DNA of 64,000 nt, taken from Neoechinorhynchus agilis (taxonomy: Eukaryota; Animalia; Acanthocephala). Where the stretch lies: the NCBI GenBank assembly GCA_051530055.1, contig CM121342.1:2452797-2516796 (forward strand). The letters run 5' to 3'. The notes beneath the pieces were generated by a model. That model worked only from the letters and a program-made list of their open reading frames with translations. It was not told the origin of the DNA and did no database searches. Positions 47,704 through 60,234 of the stretch are shown piece after piece (within the stretch, counting starts at the first letter, position 1; every line of letters begins with the position of its first letter). The translations under genes were made by a program, and so were the position numbers.

Positions 47704-50355
47704 CTAATATTGACGAATATTGCGATGATTATGGGGGTAAGATCGTCGGCCCCATGTGGTTCTCGTGAATTCCTTTTCGCCTGCTCCATAATTATCCTTC
47801 GTCCCTCCAGTCAAGTGTAAATCGTTTATATCGACCGTCGGCCTCACAGCGCAAACCGTTCGGTTTCCTTCACAATATCCATGTCGGCGATTGCTGAAAG
47901 GCTGAACGCGTTGTTGCGTTTGCTTCTCAGATCGATTGCGTCCGTAAAACACTTGCTCAACCTCGATATCAGCATCTCGTTCTGCTATAAAAGCGAATTC
48001 GAATAAAAAATGCCCCAAATAATATTTTTCAAATCCGCTTTAATTCTACTAGAGGAGGAGGAAGAAGTTGAGTGTAACTTCCTCTTCTTGGTGTATACAT
48101 CTTTGCCGGTCTGTGAAACGTATGACGGGTTCGAGCTTGTCGCTCATCAAAATTTTCTTCAACACGTCGACGATTCAAATCACGTCGATGATCTTGGTTA
48201 GGCGTCCTTCGAACGGGAGTACTTCGGTTAAAGGACGTTCGCCGATTTTCACTTCTTCGAGCATTTCGGACAATTTGATTAAATCGACCATCGTCAATGT
48301 CATCATAATCATCATCATCGTGAAGAGATAATGGAGGTGTTCGTCGTCGTGGCATCATCATCATCATCTGCGGTGGTGGTGGTGGAGTCCGTCTTCTTTG
48401 CCGATTTCTGTTCAAAATAATGATTTCCTCAGGAAGTGACTGTTGGACGAACTCAACATTCGGTCTGCTTTCAGTGCTGTCCAGGTTCAATTGAGCCAAA
48501 AGAGTTGCTATCGTTGACGTTATAACCGCGGCATTTTGCTTACTAGCTTCTGTCCCAGACATTCTCGCCCCTTGAGCTACTTCCAAAAGATATTGAATGC
48601 ATGCTCGATCATCTTGAAGACGTCTCATCAGTTCCCGTTCAACGTTAGCACGCTGAACCGCTGCCTGTTGTTGTGGCGGCGAAGAAAACGATTGATGTAA
48701 GCGAGGATTTTCGAACGTCGGTTTGCATGCATCCGTGAAAATCATGTTATTGGAATTCTCGTAACATTTGATCATATGTTCCACAAAGGCTTTAATCTGA
48801 TGGTTTTGGGTTTGTTGATGTTGGAGAGATGCCATCGCCGCAGCGAATATCATGGGCTGAATTGTGAATGAATGGACTGAAGGTGGTGGTGGTGGCGGCG
48901 GCGGCGGCGGCGCTTGAACGGGCTGAGGCGGGTGGAAAGCGTTAGCCGTCGAAAGCAACACCGGATGGATGTGTTGGTTGTAGATGTGATGTGGATGCGG
49001 TTGTTGTTGAGCAGCTTGAGGAGGAGGATAGTAAGCATGGGATGTCGGATAATGAGCAGTCGGTCCTGCTGCTGCCACCGGAATTTGATGAACGGGCTGC
49101 GCTGGTGCCGAATAACACATCTGTTCCTCCGGTGAAATCGGTTGTACTTTCTTTGGTGGAGAAGGAGCAATCACTGTTTCAGAGATTTTCGGGATTTGCT
49201 GTGGTGGAGGCACCTTTTCCTTCTCAATCACGCATGGTTCAACGATCTGCGGATGCGGAGGTGGTGGTGGTGGTGGTGGTGGTGGCGGCGGAGGAGGAGA
49301 GATCGGGATGTTTTCCGTCTTAGGCTCCTCGTTCGTCTCTTTGGAATCGGTTTCCTTCTCCTCATCTTCTTCGTCAAGGTTTATGAAATTCTCAAATGGC
49401 TCAAATTCCAGAACTTCGTTATAGTCAACTTCATCATTAAGCAACAACCAACTTGATATCGTGTAGTTTTTAGTGGTACTCCGTCGATTTGACGAGGTCG
49501 TTGGCGACCTCGACAACACGACTGGCTCTTGTCTGAATCTTGCAAGAGCGCCCGTTCGCTCCTGCGGCGTTGAAAGATCAGGAAAATCCGATTTTGATTT
49601 TTCACTTATAACAATCAGTCAACTGTTTCTATGGCGAAGAAGACTTTGATTTCTCATGAGAAACTTGTCGACTTTTTAAATACATTCATGACACCGTGTA
49701 AATATGTGCCCGCTCTTTAGAGCTGTCACTCGTTGTGCAATCGGATTACATGCTTTGGTGTGTGTGTGTGGCAAACATTAGACACGTAAAATAGTGCATG
49801 TAAAAGTAAACAAGCCGATTGAACGCCCCAAAAGTAAACAACCTGGATTTAAATAGTTAAGCTACTAAAGAATTGTTATCGATTTTGACTTTAATTCGAG
49901 TTTCAAAAACGAACTAACAAAAAAGAAGATACCTTTTCTCTGAATGTTATCCAAAAGAAAATTTGAAGAAAACATGTCATTTACAACGCCTAAAAGCGAA
50001 AAAATCTGCTCAAACGACGGGATTTTCCAAGTGTGCTGACCGACCGTTTCACAACTATTGTGGTTTTCGGACTTTTCTCAGCAACATTACCGCGGTTCTT
50101 CTTTGGTTCAAGTGTTGACCACGCAGATTTGTTCCATCCGTTATCGCTTCTTGAAGCAGTTCTTTGATTGAGTGTTCTTGAGTTGAGTTTGGCTGCTCTT
50201 TGTGCGTCGAGACTGGGCACGATGGCCGGTGGAGGAATCCTCCGTCTTGCAGTTGAGATAATTGGGTTTCGGCCGCGATTTCCGAACCGTTGTTGATTTG
50301 TGCTTGGTCGCGGATGCTGTCTCATGTGTGTGTGTGTGGCTTTTTCTAAATCCAC
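47704..50355 (-). CDS. Uncharacterised Pro/Gln/Arg-rich low-complexity protein, probably 3 exons
   Basis: 496 aa ORF 48029..49519 extends upstream to an AG acceptor near 49611; plausible GT-AG joins to ORFs 49990..50355 and 47704..48018. Confidence 0.55.
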
Positions 50356-50620
50356 GTAGAAGTCTCGTTAGTCGGGATGATTGTGGAGATTGCTCCACAA
50401 ACGTGGAATAACAGAAGAAGCGAAAGCAACAAACGAGTACTAAAACTCGAAGCGGAAGAGCAGACAAAAGTGGCGTGTGTACACGCAAACACGTAGTCTT
50501 CTCGTTTGCTAAGTCTAACGCGCACACACACACAATGCAACGCTGTCGCAGAGAAGACGTTTGTGGGAAGTAAACACCGTTCGAAAAGCGTACAAGATCC
50601 AAGCACTTTGAACATAATGA

Positions 50621-52180
50621 AAAGGGACCAATGGAAACGCAATTTACTCGAAGATTCTTCCATGTTATATAAATAGGGATTGTTGATTTAGGATTTTGTG
50701 CTCAATTTCGTCAGTAAAAATACCGAAAAAAGAGACCAATGGAAACGCAATTTACTCGAAGATTCTTCCGTGTTATATAAATAGGGATTGTTGATTTAGG
50801 ATTTTGCGCTCCCTTGTTCCTGATCAATAACATCCTCTTTATTCCAAAACTGCTGTATAAGCTGCGCACAGCACCTTTTTTAAACATAAAGATAAGCTGG
50901 CAAAATTAGACGAGACGGTGAAAGCCTCTATCGAGAAAATTTTAAATACTCAGCTGTCGGACAAGGCCTGACGTCAAGCGTCCTTTCCTGTTTCATTAGG
51001 CGGTTTGGGTATCCGAAAAGCAGCTGATATTTCTCTCCCAGCCTCTTATTTTGGACCGTATGAAGCAAGCCGCAAAGTGGTTAAATCCATTCTTGGCGAG
51101 AATTACACTTTGGATGAAGATTTCGTGGAGGCGCTTAATCTTTGGTGTGGATATTCAGGCAGCGAGCAGGTACCCGTCAATGGTTGCAAACAATAAGTTT
51201 GGGACTCACCCATGGTAGCGAGAATTCGTAACTCTTTAATTTCAGACTCTCGTGACCTGGTTAACCGAACTCGATTGGCGACAGTTTCTACAAGAGAATC
51301 CGGAGTTGGCTCCACGCTATCCCAATCGCTTCTGTGGGTACCCTCCGACGAGACAGTAAGGATTGCAGTGTCCTACTGAGACTTGGGGTGCCGATGTGCA
51401 ATTCGCTGCCGTTTTGGAGCGACCGTGGAACCACCGGGACACCATGGTCTCGTCTGTCGGCAATCAGGCGGACGGTACTCACGAAACGTCGAAATGAACG
51501 CAATGCTCTTAGTCATGCCCTGAACACTGTGAATGCGCCCAACATCTGAGAGCCGAACAATCTTTGCCGACTCGATGGCCGCAGACCGGGATTCCCGTGG
51601 CTAGGGTAAAATGTCTTTTCTGGGACGCCATTCGCGGACAGCAACATAAAATTCGCCGCTATTAAACCGGGGGAGCAGCAACCGCCGCCGAGGAACGCAA
51701 AAAGACAAAATACAGGGACCTGAGTCGAAATCATTATTTTGTTCCCTTTGGCGTCGAGACACTCAGATCGTTTGTTACCGCGGCGCAGGACCTGGTCAAG
51801 CAATTGTCTAAGAGACTGAGGCGAATATCTGGCGATCCGAGATCAGGAGCATTTCTCCTACAAAATATAATTCTGATTCTGCAGCGCGGGGGAACACTGC
51901 ATCCGTCCTTTTGACCGTTACACCAGGACGGCAGCTTAGTGATCCAGAGCGGCGGTGTGAATGATACTATTTTAAAAATACCGAAAAAAGAGACCAATGG
52001 AATCGTCCTTTACTCGGATTCTTCCATGTTATATAAATAGGGATTGTTGTTTTAGGATTTTTGCACCCGATTTCGTCGTTACTATTTTAAAAATACCGAA
52101 AAAAGAGACCAATGGGATCGTCCTTCACTCGGATTCTTCCGTGTTATGTAAATAGGGATTGTTGTTTTAGGAATTTGCAT
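50621..52180. repeat. Four ~110-115 bp tandem units split 2+2 by a CRE fragment
   Basis: Unit gaccaatgg...gattcttcc(a/g)tgttat(a/g)taaatagggattgttg at ~50626, ~50735, ~51993, ~52108. Confidence 0.85.
50812..51965 (+). mobile_element. Degraded 5'-truncated CRE-type retrotransposon
   Basis: Homologous to the 57.5-58.7 kb copy: FIPKLLYKLRTA, LGIR, ESGVG, RPDGT, FVPFGVET. Many frameshifts. Confidence 0.8.
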
Positions 52181-52787
52181 TCAAATTGGCCAATCACTTT
52201 ATAAAAAGTGCATGAATTCCTACATTTTGAACCTAGAGAAAATGATCTAGTAGAGAACGTAGTTCTTCTTAGTGCTGGAACGAGTGTTCTTTGAGTCAAC
52301 TGTCATCAATCGGAAATGCGTCTCGCGTTTTGTACAGAGCGATAAGTCAGTGCTGACGTTCTCTGCGTATTCCGACGAGTTTGAGTCTGACTGTCGCAAT
52401 GTAGAAAGGTTGATAGAATGCTCTCAACCGGAAGTCCTTAATTTTCCTATATCCCAATGTTCTCAGTGTATGAAGATTGGACGCTTGGGCAAATCTAATA
52501 TTGAAGTGTCATGAAGAAGTGTGCGTTTTCAATTATAAGGCAAAAAGTGCTAAGAACGACAATTAAACTTTCAAAAAAAAGAATTGCGCTTGCAACTAAA
52601 AAGATTTTAATCTCATTAAATCCTACAAAAACAGTTTTAAATGGAAGTAAAAATTATCAGTCGAAAATAATTATTCTTAGGCGGTTAAGTCGGTAATGGA
52701 GTTTTTTTGGGTTCATTTATTCAATCTTTACTTTTTGTTTATGGCGTCAAAATTGAAAGAATTTATTACGTCCGATATCTGGGAAGC

Positions 52788-52885
52788 ACAATCTTGTGTG
52801 CATTTGTCACAAGGTTGCTTGTTAGTTTTTTCTCAATTAATAGAAAACCTACAAGCAACCTTGTGACAAATGCACACAAGATTGT
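52788..52885. repeat. Perfect 35 bp inverted repeat of the hammerhead-palindrome family
   Basis: 52788-52822 and 52851-52885; centre carries aaaacctacaagcaacc as at 3765-3783. Confidence 0.8.
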
Positions 52886-54166
52886 ACCTCCGGGATTACG
52901 GATAGTTCAATCTTCAAAAATCAATTTTTAGTACAAAAAATTAGAAATGTTGGGAGTTGTTAATCGAAGATTAAACCCCACTGAAAATTATGTAAACCTT
53001 TATGATTGAAATCCGAATTTAATGCCATTTTTTAAACAAACACAATGATAAAAAAATCGCGTATGAATTTACGTATAAAAATATTTTAACAACTAAAACA
53101 TAATTGAAGTTATGAACATCAAAAATAAAACAACAAATTATATGCCATTTTTGGAATGCGTTCACCCCTATGGTAAACAATTTTAAGCCAATAAGAACAC
53201 GGCCACATATAACAACCAATCAGAGATTTGAGTGAAAAACCAATCAACGAGTGCAGAATGAAGCGACCAGCGTTTATCAGGAGTTCGGCGGGGGTTGTGG
53301 CATAAGAAGATTGTCACCCATGTCAAAGAAATTCTTTCGGAGCAAATAATGTATGACGCAATAAGCAACACGTAGGAAACCGACTTTCAAAATCCTTTCA
53401 TTCATTGGGGTTCAATATTTTCGAGGAACGAGCAAATTTTTTAAGGATTTTAAATGGTTTGATTTTTTTCGTTTCCGTTGTTATTCTCCTTTAGAAAATA
53501 TCACCACGATTGTCGCTTTTTTTGCTGGCAACGATATCCTTCTGTCGTTTTCCACAAAAATGTCATTCGATGCCATAGGATCATTTATGTTAATTTCCGA
53601 CCTTTTTGAGTGAATATGACGTCATTTTCCTACTTTTTATTACGTTGTAAATTCTTGCATTTCAGGTTTCTTAAATGACGAATTTCCTTGCTGGTTTAAA
53701 GGCACGAAATTGTTCCTTTAATTTTTCCGCTATAAACAAAAATTAGCTTTTAGAAGATTTGTAAAAAATTGCATTTTGAGTTCGCCGATTGTTTTTAAAG
53801 TATGAAAGTAACATTAAATATTTCTAGATTACGCATAACGGTGATATCTTGAAATTAAGGACCCCTATGTTCATTTTCATAGATTACAAATCATGTGATA
53901 CTTGAAGCTTTTTGAAATTTCATGGATTCGAAATTGATTATTTATAAGCGAAATTTTGAGCACGAAATCGCCGAAATTGAAAACTGAATACATTTATTTA
54001 AAACATCAAAATGTTAAAATCAAAAATTTGAAAAACAACGAAAAATGAATTCTTAAACTGGCAGATTTTGTGTAGGATTGCTACCATTCTAAAATTAATT
54101 ATGATGGTGAACTGAAGGAAAAAATTATGAATTTATTTATCAGAATTTTCGACCAATGCGCTTACA

Positions 54167-54206
54167 ATCACTGAAGAAGACCAACGCAATGGTCGAAAAT
54201 TCTAAT
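54167..54206 (+). ncRNA. Minimal type I hammerhead motif in a palindromic insertion flanked by a 15 bp direct repeat
   Basis: atca-CTGAAGA-a-gacca(acgcaa)tggtc-GAAA-ATTC; arms 54093-54155/54190-54248; accattctaaaatta at 54083-54097 and 54268-54282. Confidence 0.7.
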
Positions 54207-54559
54207 AAATTCATAATTTTTTCCTTCAGTTCACCATCATAATTAATTCCTAAATGAATATCTACAAACCATTCTAAAATTAGGGACTGATTCAAAGAAA
54301 CAGATTTCTGAAGACAATAAGCATCAAATATTTTGCGAAACAAAGTTTGAGTATAAATTCATTAAAAATTTGACAACCAAAAACCTTTTTTGACGTTTGT
54401 ATGATTTGTTGCAAATTTTTGCTTAAAAGCAAGAGTAATATTTTAAAATTTTCCAGTGGCAAAAGTTGAAAGCTGACGTGTTCACTATTCAAGACAGGCC
54501 AAACTCAAATTTCATTTGTAATGTAATCTCGAATAATACAATAACCAAATAAAATTGAT

Positions 54560-55264
54560 CTAATTTTCAACCCAGAATCTTTGCATTTGTACCTTCCTAT
54601 CTGTCGAAATACAAAGAGCTGTGATTACCAGTAAAACCTCAATCATGATGACTGCCACGAGTGAATTTCCAATATGTCTTGCAACTTTTTTTGCTGAATG
54701 AAAAACAATACGTCCACATCCATTTATATATATATTTCCAGGTTCCGAAGGTATTGAACAACTGGTTGGAATTAAATTCACTGGCCAATCACTCGGATCG
54801 TTGAATCCACAACATTCGAAATTTGATTGAATGCTGTTCACAATACTCAGAGATATATCATCGTTTTGATTGATAGCTTTGTCAAATGTTTCATCGAGGA
54901 CTCGAAGCAATCGCTTGCCAATCCGATCATCACCGAAGTTATAAGAGACGACAGCCAATGATGTATCGATTAAAACCATAACAATTATTATAGTTGCGAA
55001 TATACGAAGAAGAAGACGTGATCGTTTGTACGTTGCGACAAGACCCAGTATTGACAGAAATAAGGTGGCAATTGCAGTAACGATTAATAACGCATTGATT
55101 GAAATCGTAAGAGTCGAATTGCACAAATATATCAAATGTTCTGGAGTATATCTTGGTAGCACTGCCAATGCTACAATAGCGGCTAATGATGCGATGAAGA
55201 CTATTATGTTAGCGATACCAAGCAATAACCGAGAAAAGACAGTACAGCAACCCATTTCGAGCAA
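54560..55264 (-). CDS. Tetraspanin, single exon
   Basis: Four hydrophobic helices; large loop with QSNFECCG, DW, PTSC and GC. Confidence 0.9.
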   Translation of the reverse strand: MLEMGCCTVFSRLLLGIANIIVFIASLAAIVALAVLPRYTPEHLIYLCNSTLTISINALLIVTAIATLFLSILGLVATYKRSRLLLRIFATIIIVMVLIDTSLAVVSYNFGDDRIGKRLLRVLDETFDKAINQNDDISLSIVNSIQSNFECCGFNDPSDWPVNLIPTSCSIPSEPGNIYINGCGRIVFHSAKKVARHIGNSLVAVIMIEVLLVITALCISTDRKVQMQRFWVEN

Positions 55265-55437
55265 ACGATCTCAGATCCACAAAGATACAAGCGCAATCTT
55301 TTAACAGTTGGAAATGTCTCGACGCGAACATTACTCAGGTTCAATGAATCATGCAAAAATAGAAATGCAGGTAAGTGGTGATTTAAAAAAATTAGACATA
55401 AAGTAGCCTTGGTCAAAAGTATGTCTAACTCTCATTA

Positions 55438-57503
55438 TATACATTGAACTTATTTATTTAGATGTGTTTTATAAGGGCAACTCTTACCCCAATAAAATAC
55501 ATTGAACTTATTTATTTAGATGTGTTTTATAAGGGCAACTCTTACCCAATAAAATACATTGAAATTGTTTATTTCCGTTTATTTTACAAGGGCAAGTCTT
55601 GCTCTTATAAAATACGTTAAAATTGTTTATTTCCGTTTATTTTACAAGGGCTAGTCTTGCTCTTATAAAACACATTGAAATTTTTTATTTCCGTTTATTT
55701 TACAAGGCCAAGTCTTGCTCTTATAAAATACATTGAAATTGTTTATTTCCGTTTATTTTACAAGGGTAATTCTTGCTCTTATAAAATACATTGGAATTTT
55801 TTATTTCCGTTTATTTTACAAAGCCAAGTCTTGCTCTTATAAAATACATTTGAATTGTTTGTTTCCATGTATTTTACAAGGTCAAGTCTTGCTCTTATAA
55901 AATACATTGAAATTGTTTATTTTGTATGTATTTTACAAGGCCAAGTCTTGCTCTTTTAAAATACATTGAAATTGTTTATTTCCGTTTATTTTACAAGGGC
56001 AAGTCTTGCTCTTATAAAACACATTGAAATTTTTTATTTCCGTTTATTTTACAATGGCAAGTCTTTCTCTTATAAAATACATTGGAATTGTTTATTTCCA
56101 TGTATTTTACAAGGCCAAGTCTTGCTCTTATAAAATACGTTGAAATTGTTTATTTCCGTTTATTTTACAAGGGTAAGTCTTGCTCTTATCAAATACATTG
56201 AAATTGTTTATTTTGTATGTATTTTACAAGGCCAAGTCTTGCTCTTATAAAACACATTGAAATTTTTTATTTCCGTTTATTTTACAAGGGCTAGTATAGC
56301 TCTTATAAAATACGTTGAAATTGTTTATTTCCGTTTATTTTACAAGGCCAAGTCTTGCTCTTATAAAATACATTGAAATTATTTATTTCCATGTATTTTA
56401 CAAGGCCAAGTCTTGCTCCTATAAAATACATTGAAATTGTTTATTTCCGTTTAATTTACAATGGCAAGTCTTTCTCTTATAAAATACATTGGAATTGTTT
56501 ATTTCCATGTATTTTACAAGGCCAAGTCTTGCTCTTATAAAATACGTTGAAATTGTTTATTTCCGTTTATTTTACAAGGGTAAGTCTTGCTCTTATAAAA
56601 TACATTGAAATTGTTTATTTCCGTTTATTTTACAAGGGCAAGTCTTGCTCTTATAAAATACATTGAAATTGTTTATTTCCGTTTATTTTACAAGGAAGTC
56701 TTGCTCTTATAAAATACATTGAAATTGTTTATTTCCGTTTATTTTACAAGGGCAAGTCTTGCTCTTATAAAATACATTGAAATTGTTTATTTCCGTTTAT
56801 TTTACAAAGTCTTGCTCTTTAAAATACATTGAAATTTTTATTTCCGTTTATTTTACAAGGGTAAGTCTTGCTCTTATAAAGTACATTGGAATTGTTTATT
56901 TCCATGTATTTTCAAGGCCAATCTTGCTATTATAAAATACATTGAAATTGTTTATTTCCATGTAAGGCAAGTCTTGCTCTTATAAAATCATTGAATTGTT
57001 TATTTCTTATTTTACAGGGAAGTCTTGCTCTTATAAATTTTTTTTTTTATTTTAAAGGCAAGTCTTGTTTGGCAGTTGTTTATAAATTAATTTTTATTTT
57101 TATTTTACAGGGTCTTGTCTTATAAAATCATTGAAATTTTTATTTCCTTATTTTACAAGGCAAGTCTTGTTATAAAATACATTGAAATTGTTTATTTCTT
57201 ATTTACAAGGCAAGTCTTCTCTTATAAAATCATTGAATTGTTTATTTCCTTATTTTACAAGGAAGTCTTGCTCTTATAAAATACATTGAAATTGTTTATT
57301 TCCGTTTATTTTACAAGGGAAGTCTTGCTCTTATTAAAATACATTGAAATTTTTATTTCCGTTTATTTTACAAGGGAATCTTGCTCTTATAAAACATTGG
57401 AATTGTTTATTTCCATGTATTTTCAAGGCAATCTTGCTTTATAAAATACATTGAAATTGTTATTTCCATGTACTTTACAAGGGCAAGTCTTGCTCATATA
57501 AAA
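55438..57503. repeat. 58 bp satellite, left block
   Basis: Unit aaaatacattgaaattgtttatttccgtttattttacaagggcaagtcttgctcttat; diverged first units; indel-rich from about 56900 to 57480. Confidence 0.97.
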
Positions 57504-59390
57504 TTTTTTTGTAAAGTTATAATAGTTCACATTATGAAAATTTCTCGACAATTAACACACTCACCACCTCCCGCCGAATTCCAGCTTTTGTCCTTCCTCG
57601 ACCGTCGCCATCACGCTGGCAGCATTGCCCCGTTGTACTGCTAGCGAGATATTTTGTCGAAGAAATACGCCTGCCCTTGGGTCTCCGGTTGGCTCTCAAT
57701 TTCTTCGAGAGATCCTGGAGCAGAGAGAGTGCCGAGCTGCCGAGCGATCCATACGTCTCTACCCCAAAGGGGACAAAATATTGAGCCCTCGATAACTGAA
57801 TATATTTCCGTATTTTCCTCCCTTGGCACCACCGGCGATTTCGAGGGAGTAGGGGATGTTGCTGGCTGCGAGGGTATCCACACACGTGGCATCCCAGAGA
57901 ATTCATTTGCCCTCCCGCCACGGGAAGACCGAAATTCCATCGGGCCTACGGTGTTCTGGTCGACAAAGGTGGGCGGCTTCCAGGATGTTCGGGAAGTTCG
58001 CCGTTCTCAACGCCCCAGAAATTGCGTTATTGATTTCAGAATGGCGTGAAAACCTTCCTGCTGGCCTTCTGCAGACGAGACCGTGTCGCCCGAGAGCATC
58101 AACCAAAGACCCACATCGACAGCGATGGGGCGTGCATATCGGGAGACCAAGTCTTAAGGATACTACGATCCTCGTTACCTCGTCAGTAAGAAGAGTTCCC
58201 ACTGATGCCAGAGGAACAGCCTCCAACCACGCCCCAGATTCTCGTGTTGAAACTGCCAACAGTCTAGCTCGGACGACCCCATCGCGAGAACCGGAAAGTA
58301 GAGAGCTGTGAGCTCTCGCGACAAGAGGTCCGTCCCAGATCGACTGTCTGAGGCCATTCACGGGAACGTGGTTAGCGCCTGTCTGCTGGCACCATTCCTC
58401 AACCGCCACCACGAAATCCCGGTCAAGACAGAACTTTTCCTTCAAAATGTTCTTCGAGACTGGTAGGCTCCCCTCAAACGATCCAAGAAAGGCCGGCAAA
58501 GCAAGGTCGACTAGTGCCCGAATTCCCAATCCCCCAGGTGACACAGGCAAAGAAGCTTGTCGCCACGCCTCATCTGAGAGCTGGACATTTAAAATACGCT
58601 CGAGGCAAGCCCTCACCTTGCCGTCGAGCTTAGCCAATCCTTCCTTATGTTTGAAAAATGTTGCTGTGCGAACCTTGTACAATAATTTGGGGATGAAGAG
58701 CGCGTTCTTTATCAGAAAAACGCTTCGTTAGCCGAGAGAGCGCTCACCCTATCGCACAGCAACGAAAGTTTCGGTATGATATGGCCGATCTCATCTTCCA
58801 CATTTGAATCGAAGACGCAACTGCCCAGGAGGCTGAGTTGTTCCCGAGTCACGAGTTTCAGGCCTGGAGCTACGGTCTCGAACTCATCCATTAGGTCCTT
58901 GACTTTGGCGGCGTCTTCGATATTAAATACTAGAAGCTCACACTTTCCAGCATTGAGCTCAGTGCCCATTCTCGAGGTCTCCCTTATCTACGTCTCCAAA
59001 TCGCGCAGTACAGCGGAGGGATCACCCGTTGAAGCTGGAATGGAGAGAGTGCGCTTTTGGATTTACTGCTAGGGAGAATGCGATTGTACCTCGAGGATCT
59101 CCTTGCTGTACTCCTCTTTCGGACCAAATGAGGTGGTCTTCGAAAAGCAAAGGAGTCGCCGTCCCGTAGGCATTGAGAAAATACTGGAAGGCTTCTTGTG
59201 CGTGATCCCTAATTGCGCAGAACATGGTTTCACTATTGTGAGAGTTAAAGGCGTTCCGAAAATCACCCTTAAGAATCACGCACGGCTCTGAGCTTCTCGT
59301 AGCGAAGTTTCGGAGCGAGTGGACAATAGCTTCCGTCCCGCAGGATGTGCAGCAGCCCAGTTGGACAAAACGAAGTTGCTGTTCGGTCTT
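57504..59390 (-). mobile_element. 5'-truncated CRE-type (RT + restriction-like endonuclease) retrotransposon inserted in the satellite
   Basis: KGDFRNAFNS, GVQQGDP, LNAGKCE, GGLGIR, ESGAWL, CRCG...D..GRHGLVC, RHSEIN, RRPDG, FVPFGVETYG; poly(A) seen as T7 at 57504-57510. Confidence 0.9.
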
Positions 59391-60234
59391 TTGGAATTGT
59401 TGATTTCCATGTATTTTACAGGGGCAAGTCTTGCTCTTATAAAATACATTGAAATTGTTTATTTCCGTTTATTTTACAAGGGCAAGTCTTGCTCTTATAA
59501 AATTCATTGAAATTGTTTATTTCCGTTTATTTTACAAGGGCAAGTCTTGCTCTTATAAAATACATTGGAATTGTTTATTTCCATGTATTTTACAAGGGCA
59601 AGTCTTGCTCTTATAAAATACATTGAAATTGTTTATTTCCGTTTATTTCACAAGGGCAAGTTTTGCTCTTATAAAGTACATTGAAATTGTATATTTTGTA
59701 TGTATTTTACAAGGCCAAGTCTTGCTCTTTTAAAATACATTGAAATTGTTTATTTCCGTTTATTTTACAAGGGCAAGTCTTGCTCTTATAAAATACATTG
59801 AAATTGTTTATTTTGTATGTATTTTACACGGCCAAGTCTTGCTCTTATAAAATACATTGAAATTGTTTATTTCCGTTTATTTTACAAGGCCAAGTCTTGC
59901 TCTTATAAAATACATTGAAATTGTTTATTTTGTATGTATTTTACACGGCCAAGTCTTGCTCTTATAAAATAAATTGAAATTGTTTATTTCCATGTATTTT
60001 ACAAGGCCAAGTCTTGCTCTTATAAAATACATTTGAATTGTTTATTTCCATGTATTTTACAAGGGCAAGTCTTGCTCTTATAAAATACATTGAAATTGTT
60101 TATTTCCGTTTATTTTACAAGGGCGTCTTGCTCTTATAAAATACATTGAAATTGTTTATTTCCGTTTATTTTACAAGGGCAAGTTTTGCTCTTATAAAAT
60201 ACATTGAAATTGTTTATTTCCATGTATTTTACAA
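59391..60234. repeat. 58 bp satellite, right block
   Basis: Same unit and orientation as the left block; resumes almost in phase at ttggaattg. Confidence 0.97.

Noticed and set aside
48850-49456. Overlapping ORFs with poly-Trp/Arg/Val runs
   Set aside because: Alternate-frame and antisense shadows of the CCA/CCG poly-Pro codons.
56900-57480. Biological decay gradient of the satellite next to the CRE tail
   Set aside because: Scattered 1-3 nt deletions look equally like low-coverage long-read consensus error; cannot be decided without reads.
55438-60234. CRISPR-like array
   Set aside because: Units are contiguous with no unique spacers, the context is eukaryotic and no cas genes are present.
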